Origin: Giardia intestinalis
Lineage: Eukaryota
Length of the DNA: 64,000 nucleotides
Reading direction: 5' to 3' (one strand)
NCBI GenBank assembly: GCA_000002435.2
Contig: CM018790.1
Shown: piece by piece, positions 27,583 through 38,754 of the stretch
How the letters are laid out: the number at the start of each line of letters is the position of its first letter
Numbering within the stretch: position 1 is the stretch's first letter
Notes under the pieces: model-generated
Told to the model about the DNA's origin: nothing
The model's database searches: none
Seen by the model: only the letters and a program-made list of their open reading frames with translations
Made by a program: the position numbers and the translations under genes

Positions 27583-29340
27583 CTATGCATCCTTGAATGT
27601 CACAAACCTCTTTTCAGAAAATCCTTTCTTTCCTCGATCAGCTTCATAGTTAGATAGTCCTAGCACACAAATGAGCGTTGTTAAGAAAATGCTTATGAAC
27701 ATGAGTCCCATACACACGCTTGTTGCTCGTGCATAGCTCTTATTGTAGTACGGATCACCAACAACTGGGTAGAGAGCGCCATAGTCTCCCTGTAACATGA
27801 TGGAATGGAGAGAAGAAACAATACAAGTGCCCACGCTACACGCTAGGGTCTTGGACAGGTTTGGTAGTACAGAGATGACAGAAAGTTGGGACACAGGCGC
27901 CGTCGTGAGGATGACTGCCCATGACATAGAGGTCACTATGTTAAGGAATGCAAAGGCCACCACAAATAGAACTATAGAGGGATAAAAGCTGTTGTACGTG
28001 ACAAACGGAAACGCTGCTGTGCAAGCAGTTATACCCATAAAGCAGACTGAAAAGATCCTGCGTGTCGTGTACCGTTTGTCAAGGATAGGAAGAATTGTAG
28101 CTGTTAAGATATCCATTAGGCCAAAGACGGCATTCAATATACCAACAAACACAGAGGATTGTTCATAAATAACTGAGTATATGAATGGAACAAGCATGCG
28201 TGTGGCATTGCGATAAAATGCAGCAAGCAAGTGAATGCTCAATAACGCCTTCAGTGGTCCGGTCAATATTTTCAAAGGAATAAGTGGATGAGTAACTCGC
28301 TTCTCTAGGAAAATAAAGAAGCCAAATAGCAAGCACCCTATTATGAACAGGATTGAGCCAATAAGAAAGATCTGCTGGCCTAGGACACTAGCACTGAGAG
28401 ACGAAACAATGTACGCAAAGGATAATAGAATGATGCCACCAAAGTCTGTCTTACGCTTTTCTGCCCGTGTAAACGGATCATATACAAAAGCCATGCTGGA
28501 AAATGTGATCGCAGAAAGCACCGCACAGACGATATAGCAAGCACGCCAACTCATATGCTCAATAATAAATCCTGCTATAAGCGGCGAAATGATAGCCCCC
28601 AAATCGAACAGCATAATGGTCAAGAACAAGCCCAGCTTAACCCTTTCTGGGAATGGCAGCAATCGGAAAAGATACCCCTTAGTGACGTTCATGCCTGTCA
28701 ATGCAATACCAGTGATGAAGCGCATAACTAAGAGAGAATAGAACTCTGGCATGAAGGCAGAGCACAGACTGCTAAGCGTTGCCAGGAAGGCCCAGCAAAG
28801 GAACATATTAATTGAACCAAATCGTTCCAGGAACTTTCCCGAGATTGTTCCAGAGACTGCACAGCCAAGGTTCATGGCAACGGTAATCCACTGTGTTAAC
28901 GAGATATCAATACCGTACTCTTTTGCGATAACAGGCATTGCGACTGTGCTTGTTGCTATATCCATAGTTGGAAGCGCTGCGGTAAGGGAATAATAGAATA
29001 TCATTACCTTCATGGGCGTAGCATGTAGCTTAAATATCTTTGCTTTACGGCATCGCCGTTGCTGCTGCCTTGGTGACCCAGCAGGCGCTGCATCTGTAAT
29101 AAGTTCCGTTGCATCATCAGTTATGTCACCTGTCCCATCCACCTTGTCATTATCTTGCACTACCGACTGCAGCTTTTTCTCTTGCTCGTGTTCAGCAGGT
29201 GGCTCTGGAACAAGGCCCAGACCGATCTGTACGGATGGCACCATGGTTACATCCACAGGTAATAACGAGACAGTATCAGCCTCCTGCTCTGAGCATCCTT
29301 CTGTGTCACAAGGCACCTCGTTGTTTTTAAGCTCAGACAT
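27583..29340 (-). CDS. Major facilitator superfamily (MFS)-like polytopic transporter.
   Basis: The 585-aa ORF has about 12 hydrophobic helices in a 6+6 arrangement after an acidic N-terminal tail. The ATG start has an AT-rich upstream context. Confidence 0.55.
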   Translation of the reverse strand: MSELKNNEVPCDTEGCSEQEADTVSLLPVDVTMVPSVQIGLGLVPEPPAEHEQEKKLQSVVQDNDKVDGTGDITDDATELITDAAPAGSPRQQQRRCRKAKIFKLHATPMKVMIFYYSLTAALPTMDIATSTVAMPVIAKEYGIDISLTQWITVAMNLGCAVSGTISGKFLERFGSINMFLCWAFLATLSSLCSAFMPEFYSLLVMRFITGIALTGMNVTKGYLFRLLPFPERVKLGLFLTIMLFDLGAIISPLIAGFIIEHMSWRACYIVCAVLSAITFSSMAFVYDPFTRAEKRKTDFGGIILLSFAYIVSSLSASVLGQQIFLIGSILFIIGCLLFGFFIFLEKRVTHPLIPLKILTGPLKALLSIHLLAAFYRNATRMLVPFIYSVIYEQSSVFVGILNAVFGLMDILTATILPILDKRYTTRRIFSVCFMGITACTAAFPFVTYNSFYPSIVLFVVAFAFLNIVTSMSWAVILTTAPVSQLSVISVLPNLSKTLACSVGTCIVSSLHSIMLQGDYGALYPVVGDPYYNKSYARATSVCMGLMFISIFLTTLICVLGLSNYEADRGKKGFSEKRFVTFKDA

Positions 29341-29377
29341 ACGACAGCTTCTGTTTCAAATAAATGATATCCATATT

Positions 29378-32300
29378 TCATAATAGTTTACACAGATGTT
29401 CAAAGAGATACTGCTTCAGCTGCTTCAAACATTGTACGTCAGATGGGAGTTGTCTATCCGTGACGGGTATCCTTATAGTGCTCAAGGCGACAGCAATGTC
29501 TCCAACCACTCCTACAACTTCAGCAATTGTGTGATCCAATCTGTACTTCTCTTTCACAAAGTCTATGAGTTCATCAACGAGCATTGCCTGCTTACGTCGG
29601 AGCTCTATCATGCCACGCCTCACTGCGTCAATGCTGGTGAGTAACTCCTCCATGGACTTCCGGGTACGTGCCTCCGCAGTGCCGAGGGTTTCCAGATAAC
29701 TGCGCAACTCGGCTTCGCGCTTCTCCAAAATAAGATGGCGCATGGTAGCGGAGCGAGGAAAAGTCTGATTGGCGTTCTCCTCCATTGAAATAATGGATGC
29801 AGAGGGTCTACTATTTGCTGTCTCAGTGGGCATATTATCGCGCTGCTGGGCAGAACGAAGGAGAAAGTCAAGGCATGATATCTTTTGCACTAAAGAATCG
29901 AGGATTTCTGACTGCTGAGCGGTTTTCTTGGTGACAGACTTGCCAGACAGCGCGGCTATCTCATCGTCTATCATTAGATAATCTGACTTAGGTGGTAGAG
30001 TAGCATATTCTGGGGGTGGCTTAAGATTATACCGCGGCGGACTGGATGTGAGCTCGTCAACGGCAAGCATGGTCTGTTGAGTTGTGAGCTTTTTGGCCCG
30101 TTCTTTGTCTATAAGAGAGAGCACTTCTTTTGCTTCATCTCGTTCGTCACGTGCCTGCTCATCACGCTCCTGCTTTATTTCTGAAAACAACCTTCCATCT
30201 TCACAACTGGAAATAGACGCAAATGAAGAGACGTTGACAAGGGAATTGAGTGTCTGAAGTATTCGAATGCTCTCTGATGTGTGGCCATAATCGTAATGTG
30301 TTTCTAGTTGATACCTAGTTTCGAGAAATTCTGGTAAAATGTCATTCATAAGATGCTTGAGAATTGTCGCTGCATCCGGTGTCTCATCTGTTCTGGAAGA
30401 AAGCATTGCCTTCAATTTTTGTAAGATTGGCATGTTACGAGATATGGGTATCTCTGATCGACTGGATGCTTCTAGAAGGTTCTTCAGATCGCTATCCATC
30501 CATGCATTGCTGTTGGACTCGCTGTACTCCTCAATTAGGAATCTTAGTGCTCTATCAAATCCGGTGTAAAATAAGCAATTCTCGTTGATCTCATTCTTTA
30601 GCCGTGTTATGTGCATACTTGATGGAAGAGAAAAGGGAAGATTGGACTGCCTATGAACGATAGAGCTTTCATAGATATTAACTGATTCTTGAGAAGTTAG
30701 TTTGGCAGAGTCGATATCCTTTTCTGCCTTCTGATGGACTACTCCTGGTTCTGCACCTGTAAGAATGTCACCTGAACTAGAAATGCCAGAGGCAGCAATT
30801 CCATTTGTGTACATAACTTTAGCGTGCTCCGGTATGCAAAATGGACGAATGGATTGTCCAATCCAAGAAGATAAGGCCTCGTGGGTCAAGTTTGGCATAA
30901 GATAGTTATCAATATAACTAGTAGGGAAGACGGCTGAAACAGTATCTGGGAAAGTGGTATGCGCCGCATGCCTATGCACAGCTCCAGAGCCGAAAGCCGA
31001 TAACCCCCCTCCTGGAAGTATTTGCAGTGATCCAGGAGCTGGTCCAACAGATCCACTTAATGAGTTAGAGTTCGTAGACGACACCTGATGTGCGCCTCCT
31101 TTTCCTTGTGAAACCAATGGGACTCCGTTGACATCGGACTGAAAGAGAGCATTAGAATCAGCCACTTGTCGCGAGCCTCGCGTGGATGCCTTGGCACGTC
31201 TGGCTTGAGGCTTTCTATTTGTCTCTTCACGCTGGGTAGTATTTGGGCTTTCCTCAAGTTTAATTGACGTATCTTGTGATAACGAGCCCCCTAGAGATGC
31301 CAGTCCTCGTCGACGACTTGTTCCAGACGTATTTTGAATACCGGAAGATGCAGCAGCAAGCGTTGTTGAACCAGCAGGCTTACCACGTGGTTTCCGTTTG
31401 CTTAGTGAAGTTTGTGGCGTATCCTGCAGAGGATTTTTGATATCCTCCAGATCTTTTCCTTGGTAATATTCTAAGTACACACGTGAATAAAAGGGGGCCC
31501 CATAAAACAACAAGTTTGCCCCCCGGTTCGAGCTACTCCATATGCGCGGAAAGATCGGCAGTAGAAGACGGTTACTATTCTCATATAGTCCTGCTGTTGG
31601 AAGATTAGCGAAGAAGCTTCTATAGTCTAGTGGCGATGGCACGGAGAAGTGCAGATCCATTGATATAAGTACACATTTTTCACTCACACTGGGACACTGT
31701 TCATCAGGGTATGAGTATCTGATGGTTGAAACGAGATCAAGAAGAGAAGTAAATGACCTGGTCTGCTTCTTTAAATTGGATTCAATGATATCAGAATCTC
31801 TTGTAGAATCTGTGCATTGAGGAGAGTATCTCCACTCAATTAAATTACTAGCAAAGTGCCAAGAAGAGCGGAGAGCATCTAGCTCATGCAGAAACTGCCT
31901 TGCAGCCAGCTGAATGGTATGATCCTGGTCTGTAGGAACTGATAGATCTGTGAGTACCTTCTTAAAATAATCTGAATAACTCGATGCTAACCGTTTAGAA
32001 TCTAAAAAAACTTCGGAAGCCTTATAATTCATAAAGTCAATCAGCTTGTGTAAATAAAACTGCACCATAGGATTGCCAAAGTCGGCAGAAATTCCGGCCG
32101 AGGCGTATGTGGAGAGGTCGCATTTCCAACACGGAGTATTTAGATTCTCAAACCCAGCTTGCTTTTGATGAGCAGAAGAAATCCAAAGGTTTGTTTGATA
32201 GAGGATCTGATCATATGGTGAGTTTAGCATTTCCATCTTACACGCCTTACAGTAAGGGCTGAAGCATTGGGGGCATAGATACATTTTTCCTTTAGCATTA

Positions 32301-33970
32301 AGGAGCAAGGCTATCTCTATTGTTGGAAAAATAGGCATGTTATGGTCGGAAGCTTTGTCCCCAAGAAACCGCTGAGCATCGAGTGTATACACATCTGAAA
32401 GCTCTCCAATAAAGAGATCAGAGGCTCCTAGCTCCTGTTGACATATGCTGCACAATACCGGTCGGATCATATTTGCCGTTGAGAACGTAACATGATAGCT
32501 GCACTCATATGATATGCTCGGTTGTTCTAGATCAAGTGCTTGCAAATAGAGCCCACTGGCTTCATGAAAAGAGCGTCGCTTTAATTGTGGCTCTAGATTG
32601 CCATCCGTATGGGCATCAGCTACACTAGAAGAAGTGCTGCTAATGGTAGATTTTGAGGAATACAGTTGTCCATCTATTACAGCCTCTTCTTTGGACTCGT
32701 CCTGTTCTTCTTCCAGATCCTGAAGCTTAACGTCTTGGAATGTCACAGAATGATCTCTGAGACTTATGTTTTGATTTGGAATCAGTGAGCACGTAAGAGA
32801 GCATTGAAAGAGATGTGCACTTTGAGGAATTTCCGCCAATGAAACTCTTCCAACCACGTGACAGGTACGAATGCAAGTTTCCGTGCAACAAACCTCAGGA
32901 TACAATAGATCCTCTAACCCCCCTTGTAAAGGTATGTGCAAATTGGCTACTTTGTCGTCCTGAAGATGTGCATTTATGACAAAAGTAAGGGGGACTCTTT
33001 GAACCCCTTTACAAACGGTGGGATCTGAGATAGGGAGGGTCAATAATATACCTGTTAAGAATACACTTAAAGAGGTTGTCAATTGTTCGGAGCGAACAAG
33101 AAGCTCTCCATCAAGAAAAACAGAGGGGAAAATGCGCCCATCTATTGCCCATATTCTCCGTACAAGGACAAGAACACTCGCTATAGTACTTTCTCTTCCT
33201 TGGGCCTCAGACATATAATGGTAAATCGCAGCGTCCCCTACAGATATATGGTCGTAGCAAAGATAATTGGTTGCCCAAAAGAGATCCATGCGGCGAAAGA
33301 GCCTACTAGCAGCCATGCTCACTGGTACATACTGATGATCGCCTACCAATTGTTGCAAAGGGGCGTCTATTAATGCGGTAAGACCCCGGTTCCCAAGGCC
33401 CCCAGGAAGAGAGTAGTCACAGGGAGTATCAGTAGATCTATTATCAGGGAGGTACTCTGCATTCATGGCCATGAGAGCTCTTTCATAACCCTTTATTATC
33501 GGTGGGAATACAGGAGTGTCCTGTGTCTGTGCATCTGTCAGTATCTTGAGCTTCAAAGACTCAAGGGAAGCAAGCATTGGAATAGTAACGTCTTTCCTAA
33601 CACTAGCTGTGCCAATAATAGATTGTGAATCGTTTTCTGATGCCTCCTCAACAGGAAAGTTAAAAGATTCTGTTTGGATTGCCGCAGGCGTCGAATTAAT
33701 GAGAATACCAGCCGTGCCAAATTCGCGAACACCAGAGGCATGGAGGACATGAGGCATGCCAAGGGGGAGTGCAGTGATGGGTGGATAAGAAGAGCCAACA
33801 AGAACAATATCGAAAATATGAGCACAAATGTCACGAAGAAGATCCTTAGTGGCTGGATTCTGCGATAACTGAATTAGTAGCGGAGTGCTGAGATGCTGTA
33901 TCTTAAAGTAAGGTACAGCTAGAGACTCTTTGGTTCGAAGTATATAGACAAAATATGTTAATTTGTCCAA
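29378..33970 (-). CDS. Large hypothetical protein (~1460-1530 aa) with a C-terminal coiled coil. The start is uncertain.
   Basis: Uninterrupted 4.6-kb ORF. The track start at 33970 is TTG. The first in-frame ATG is at 33757 (M72), and it has no AT-rich initiator in front of it. The protein has Cys-rich patches (CPQCFSPYCKACK, CSICQQ). No family was recognised. Confidence 0.45.
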   Translation of the reverse strand: MDKLTYFVYILRTKESLAVPYFKIQHLSTPLLIQLSQNPATKDLLRDICAHIFDIVLVGSSYPPITALPLGMPHVLHASGVREFGTAGILINSTPAAIQTESFNFPVEEASENDSQSIIGTASVRKDVTIPMLASLESLKLKILTDAQTQDTPVFPPIIKGYERALMAMNAEYLPDNRSTDTPCDYSLPGGLGNRGLTALIDAPLQQLVGDHQYVPVSMAASRLFRRMDLFWATNYLCYDHISVGDAAIYHYMSEAQGRESTIASVLVLVRRIWAIDGRIFPSVFLDGELLVRSEQLTTSLSVFLTGILLTLPISDPTVCKGVQRVPLTFVINAHLQDDKVANLHIPLQGGLEDLLYPEVCCTETCIRTCHVVGRVSLAEIPQSAHLFQCSLTCSLIPNQNISLRDHSVTFQDVKLQDLEEEQDESKEEAVIDGQLYSSKSTISSTSSSVADAHTDGNLEPQLKRRSFHEASGLYLQALDLEQPSISYECSYHVTFSTANMIRPVLCSICQQELGASDLFIGELSDVYTLDAQRFLGDKASDHNMPIFPTIEIALLLNAKGKMYLCPQCFSPYCKACKMEMLNSPYDQILYQTNLWISSAHQKQAGFENLNTPCWKCDLSTYASAGISADFGNPMVQFYLHKLIDFMNYKASEVFLDSKRLASSYSDYFKKVLTDLSVPTDQDHTIQLAARQFLHELDALRSSWHFASNLIEWRYSPQCTDSTRDSDIIESNLKKQTRSFTSLLDLVSTIRYSYPDEQCPSVSEKCVLISMDLHFSVPSPLDYRSFFANLPTAGLYENSNRLLLPIFPRIWSSSNRGANLLFYGAPFYSRVYLEYYQGKDLEDIKNPLQDTPQTSLSKRKPRGKPAGSTTLAAASSGIQNTSGTSRRRGLASLGGSLSQDTSIKLEESPNTTQREETNRKPQARRAKASTRGSRQVADSNALFQSDVNGVPLVSQGKGGAHQVSSTNSNSLSGSVGPAPGSLQILPGGGLSAFGSGAVHRHAAHTTFPDTVSAVFPTSYIDNYLMPNLTHEALSSWIGQSIRPFCIPEHAKVMYTNGIAASGISSSGDILTGAEPGVVHQKAEKDIDSAKLTSQESVNIYESSIVHRQSNLPFSLPSSMHITRLKNEINENCLFYTGFDRALRFLIEEYSESNSNAWMDSDLKNLLEASSRSEIPISRNMPILQKLKAMLSSRTDETPDAATILKHLMNDILPEFLETRYQLETHYDYGHTSESIRILQTLNSLVNVSSFASISSCEDGRLFSEIKQERDEQARDERDEAKEVLSLIDKERAKKLTTQQTMLAVDELTSSPPRYNLKPPPEYATLPPKSDYLMIDDEIAALSGKSVTKKTAQQSEILDSLVQKISCLDFLLRSAQQRDNMPTETANSRPSASIISMEENANQTFPRSATMRHLILEKREAELRSYLETLGTAEARTRKSMEELLTSIDAVRRGMIELRRKQAMLVDELIDFVKEKYRLDHTIAEVVGVVGDIAVALSTIRIPVTDRQLPSDVQCLKQLKQYLFEHLCKLL

Positions 33971-34735
33971 CGAACGTTGACCCGTAATGGCTTCCTTAGG
34001 TATATTGCCTATTGGAATTATCTGTGTGTCAGTTGGATGGTAAATGCTCGGCGGTCAATCCCTCGTCTAAAAGCCCGTTAATAGAAAGCCAAAAGAGGTA
34101 AGAAGTTGAATAGTTGGCAGGAATGCGTACCCTTTTGGCAGTTTCGTAGAGCGTGATAGGAGAGGAAATTGTTCTACCTTCGATCCGCTGGGCTAGTTTC
34201 CAGTAATCTTGAAGTATAGTGCCGCCGAGCTACAAACATACTCTTCCTAAATGGAGTTCTTTGTTCGAGTAATGGATAACGACAAATTCGCCTGGAAGGA
34301 AAACACCGTTACTCGTGTCAAAGAAAGTCATTTTCTTTTTTTGGTACTAACGGTGATCATAATAGTGCCTCTAACTCAGAGATAAGCCACTATGATATCT
34401 ACTGGAGTATTACTAGCTTAATTACGAGCATACTATTAGATATCTCTTGGCAGAAAGAGGCTGTCGCTTGTCAGTAGAAAAATAAGGAGGAAGGTTTATT
34501 TTCTCGAATTATCTGCGTAATTCTAGCGAGTTTTGTGTCTGTCGCCACTGAGCTTGTTGACTAGGTAGTCAATATAAGGCATGTTAGGTGCCATACATTG
34601 TTATCATGAGTTTTGGGCTGATTTCATCAATCTGATAGCGAATGACCTGTACATGTAATACACTGATATAGCTGCTTCACTATAGCCCAGGATGAAGAAT
34701 TAGACGCAGGGTTTTGCCGAGACATGTAGGCAAGC

Positions 34736-35988
34736 GCGCGGGGACGCCTGTCTGCAGGGGGCCGCAGCCCCAGGCGTCTCATCCCGGGCGCCGCACGCTG
34801 CACCCCTGGACTCGGTCCCTCGGGGCCCTGAGCATGCCTCCACACTGCGCGGGACAGAACCTGCTCACCAGGAGCTGAGGAGATGCCCCGCTCAGTGCCC
34901 ATGCCGACGACACATCCATCTTCCATAGTAGCAACAGTGACGCGACGGGGGTAGTCACAGAGGCGGCAGGCCTGGCGAAGCGATTGGCTCGACGGTCAAC
35001 ACTGACAAGTATAGGAACACAGAGGGGCAGGAGGCCTCCTTCCTGGCCGGTCGAAGGAGCTCCCAGGGCAACGGAGGGCCGAAGCTAGTGATGGCACTAA
35101 TCACTCGCCGTGCTGGTTGAGACGGACCCACACGCAACCCATGTGAATCCCTCGACAAGAGATGGGGCCCCTGGGGTGCTTGGCTGACAGAGGCGGACTG
35201 ATCCTGCCCACACCGGAGAGCGGTGACCTGGGCCACCTGCCGGGCGTCTGCCGCAGCAGCTGGCAGTGCCTGACACCCTCGAGTGGACAGGCGCCGGTTG
35301 TAGAGAGACGACCTCGATGAACCGGTCCTGACCGCTCCTGGTGCCTCAGACGACGCCTCTCAGAGAGGTGGCCCTGGACCGACGCCTCGGTGGACCGAAG
35401 CATCACCCAAGTGTGCTGTGCAGATGGACCAGCCCACACGTCACCGAGCCAGACGCACTGCACAGGGTGAGCGCCGACATGATCTCGTGCTGGGTGACGG
35501 ACCACCTGCAAGAGTGCACTGCGATCCATGAGTAGGAGGGCAAACCAGGGCCGGACCTCTCCCCCGACACAACGCATGGGAGTACTCTGCCGGCATCCGC
35601 GAACGCGTACTATGACTCCAAGATAGAGGCGCACGGGGAGCGCATCCTTGATAATGGAACAGATGGTGCCCTCCACGAGAAGATGAAGAGGCACCCCGAG
35701 GAACGAGGTAGGCACCCGGGGTCGTGGCGTATCCTATCTTCGTCATGAAGCATCAGCACCACAAAGCTACTCCGGAGTACATGGCCAGAGTCAATTGCTC
35801 TCGAGACTAGATCGCTGTGACCGACACAAGGCCCGAGACAACGGATGCTCAATAGATGTCAGACGATGGTTGACCCCGACGGGCCAGAGAGAAGAGACGC
35901 CCCGGAGCATATAGTGGAGCACCCAACGGCTCCCAGGCGGGATGCACAAGGCTCTTCTCCAGAGTGGGCGGCATCCGAGCTTCGGACT
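34736..35988. repeat. Left arm of a ~1.25-kb GC-rich inverted repeat. It is the reverse complement of 43168-44421.
   Basis: Six-frame ORFs inside it have near-identical counterparts on the opposite strand of the right arm:
- 35101-35715(-) = 43441-44055(+), identical 204-aa translation
- 35441-35746(-) = 43410-43715(+), identical
- 34955-35236(-) = 43920-44201(+), identical
- 35610-35852(-) = 43304-43546(+), identical
- 35845-36093(+) vs 42943-43311(-): one difference (H vs R) across the 47 aa shared before the arm boundary
- 34627-34926(-) vs 44230-44439(+): identical for 64 aa, then they diverge, which marks the repeat end
The arm is GC-rich, and its Arg/Pro/Gly-rich pseudo-ORFs do not look coding. 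Confidence 0.85.
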
Positions 35989-35998
35989 CTGGACGGGT

Positions 35999-38166
35999 TT
36001 ACTCGGACAGGAGCTGGCAAGCCGACCTTGATGAAGAAGAGCAGATCTCGTTTGAGAAGATGTCTACTATCTCTTTGCGATCCTTCTTCTTAGCGATATT
36101 GAGGGCAGTGGTACCAGGCGAGTGACCATGGCAGCTGCAGGTTGTCTTCAGATATTTCTCGTTTTCTTTAGGAAGTCTTGTACATTCCACGGTGTTGCTA
36201 TATGCTGCGTTCATAAGGGCGATCCCCCTTGGTCGTTTGCATGCCGCCTTCGCCCTTCAGCAGGGGCCTGACACACTCTGGATGGCCATTGCACACCGTC
36301 CATGTGAGGACAGTCTGATGCTCGTTGTTCTTTATACGAGCTTCTTGCTTGAGCAGCTCTACACTCCCTTCGTGCCCTCGTGCTGCTGCATACATGAGCT
36401 CCGTCCACCCTGAGATACTGCTCTCATACTCCATCAAAAGCTCAACGTGCCCAATATAGTCCACCAGGGGGTCATTGGAACGATTGCACCGTGCCGCGAA
36501 TACGAGAGCGGTCCAACCGCCTACTTTCTCTCCCTTTTCGTGTTCCACTAGCAGTTCTACTATTTCTGCGTATCCATTGCCGCAGCCACCATCAGAGCTG
36601 TTCCTTTGCGCATGTACCATCCGCTTCTTGTGACCTCTTTGTATGTTTTCCTCCCCCTCTGGATGGGTAAGAGTGCTTTTACAGCCCCCGCGTCGTTTCT
36701 ATTGACAGCTCGCATGAGCGCCGTGACGCCGTTCTCATCGGTTGGGTCGATGGCCTCCACCACGGTTCCATGTCCTGCCTCTGCCGCAATCACCAAGGCC
36801 GTCTTGCCTTCGCTGCCGATCCGGTCCTTCTCATATGGGACCAGAAGGGAGGCAGCTCTTGCATAGTCCTCCTCTGTGGCGATCATCAGGTAGTCCAGCC
36901 ATTCTTGTCCTGGAGGCCCCTCTCCTCCCCAACAAGCAACTCGACGGGACTGACGTGCCCCTGCTCGTCGCGCTGACCAACGCCGAGTCTTTCTTCAAGC
37001 AGCATCCAGACGGTCTCCGTGCTATTTGTGTGCAGCACGCATCAGCCCGGGCAACAAAAAGAGGCTGGACTGAGGGTCAGTCGTGTTCATCCTGTCACCG
37101 AACTGTGCAAGCCTATTCTCCAGTGCCTTACTCATGGCTAGATGCTCCTTACCTTGGTCTTCAAGTGCGTCGATCTTAGTAGATCTAGTCTTAACATCCT
37201 CTTCCAGCAACGCGATCCTGGCGTTAGCGCCATTCAGCGCAGCCTCCAAGGATCCGCACTTATACTTCAGCATCACGCACTGACCTCCCAACTCACCAAC
37301 TGGGATGTCGAATGTAGCGAGCGTCTCGTGCAGCTCCCTGGCCGTCGGCCTCCTCTCTGGCTCCAATACGAATATCCGCTCCAGAACACTCTTTATGAAG
37401 CCATCAGTGACACCGCTCAGGTCCGGCCTCCACCCATCGATGAAGACCTCTGCTGGCTCCTTGCCCCCCAAGAAGTCCGGTCTCCTCAGAGTAGTAAGTT
37501 CATAAATGATGACCCCGAGGCTCCATACATCAGAAGCGGGGCTGGCCTCATTACGGAGGAGCGCCTCGGGGGCCATGTATACTGCCGTGCCTGCAATGGT
37601 GCTCCCGCATCTCAGGGCGTCCTTACAGAGGCCGAAGTCGGCGATGACGAAGCGCTCTCCGTCTGCGCTGATGAGGACGTTGGCAGGCTTGAGGTCGCGG
37701 TGGACGAGGCCCTTAGCACCTACCCCACTAAGGCCGTGGAGGTAGGCGAGGGCGGCGGCGACCTGCTTCATGACAGAGAGGATCATAGCGATAGGGACGG
37801 GGATCTTCCTTCGTTTGTGCTCGGTGAGGAGGTTGTCAAGAGTCCTGCTGTGCCGGTCCGTGACGACGTAGATGAGGCCCTCGTCTTCAATCACTTGATG
37901 ATACTTGAGGACCCGGGTGAAAGATGTTAAGAAGGGCGGCCAGCCTACGCTTAATAGCATCCACACCGTGCTGATCCAGACCGTCGAGCCGGATCTCCTT
38001 CACAGCAAGGTGGGGGCATCCCCTGAGAGAGTAGATAACACTGAAGGCCCCCGCTGAGCACGGGGATGCCACCAGCGCCCATCGGCTCTGCAAAGCCGCT
38101 AACTGCACTGTTACTAGCAACTCCTAGGGCGCCCTCTGCGGTGGCTGGGACAGGGAGTGGAGTCAA
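35999..38166 (-). pseudogene. NEK-family Ser/Thr kinase fused to ankyrin repeats (Protein 21.1-like). It is fragmented by several frameshifts.
   Basis: The parts found, all on the minus strand but in different frames:
- glycine loop and VAIK region: AGAFSVIYSLRG...HLAVKEI, in ORF 37887-38120(-)
- intact catalytic core: LVHRDLKPANVLISADGERFVIADFGLCKD...APE, in 37022-37966(-)
- three consecutive ankyrin-repeat ORFs: 36560-36886(-), 36198-36620(-), 35999-36214(-), with TALVIAAEAGH and TALMRAVNRND motifs
That makes at least four frame changes, and the 3' end abuts the left inverted-repeat arm. Indel-type assembly errors in GC-rich homopolymer runs are the alternative explanation. Confidence 0.55.
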
Positions 38167-38754
38167 CAGCCGCAGCTGATTTTAACTGCAATCCGGAGCC
38201 ATCCTTTGGAGTGGCCTTGGCTACTACCCGAGCAAGGCGCCCAGTGTGAGCTGTCGATGGCAGGCCAAGGAGAGGCATACTAACGGCTTGTATGGCCTTA
38301 AGCAGGCCGGATCCTGGAGGCCGACGCGGAGTGCCCCAGACAGAGTATGCCGATCAGGGACCACACTGAGCTCTGGATGCATCACTAGGGAGAACTCTCG
38401 TCATGTTATCCACAACCAGCCATCGTCTCCGGACGGTCGAGAAGTAGGCGCGGCTTACCCATGAGACCTCTGAGCGCACCTGCAGGCGGGGTCAGTGATA
38501 CAGTGACAGCAATGTACAGGAGTGCGCCCCGAGCAATCACTCCACAAGAGAGGTGCGGTCTGAGTCTGGCCCTCACTGGTCCTGTTCCTATGGAAGTCAG
38601 AGAGAACTACACTATCAGCTGGCCTCTGGTTGGTGTGCTCCTATCTCGTCCTTCTCCGGTCCAACTGATCAAGAGAGCAAGAGCGGCTGTCTCTCACTGC
38701 TCGCGGTCAATGCACAAGTCTGATGAAAGAGCAGTGGCACGTGTACTCCGGCTA

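Noticed and set aside
34627-35852. ORFs of 80-204 aa inside the inverted-repeat arms, mirrored at 43304-44439, for example 35101-35715(-) and 43441-44055(+).
   Set aside because: Their translations are Arg/Pro/Gly/Ser-rich, which is typical of random frames in ~65% GC DNA. They overlap each other in several frames and have no AT-rich initiator. They show no recognisable domain, so I treat the arms as non-coding repeat sequence.
34736-35988. Repeat arms being rDNA fragments. Giardia rDNA is very GC-rich and vsp genes often sit near rDNA or telomeres.
   Set aside because: I could not recognise any SSU, 5.8S or LSU signature stretch by eye. A BLAST against the Giardia rDNA unit would be needed to settle it.
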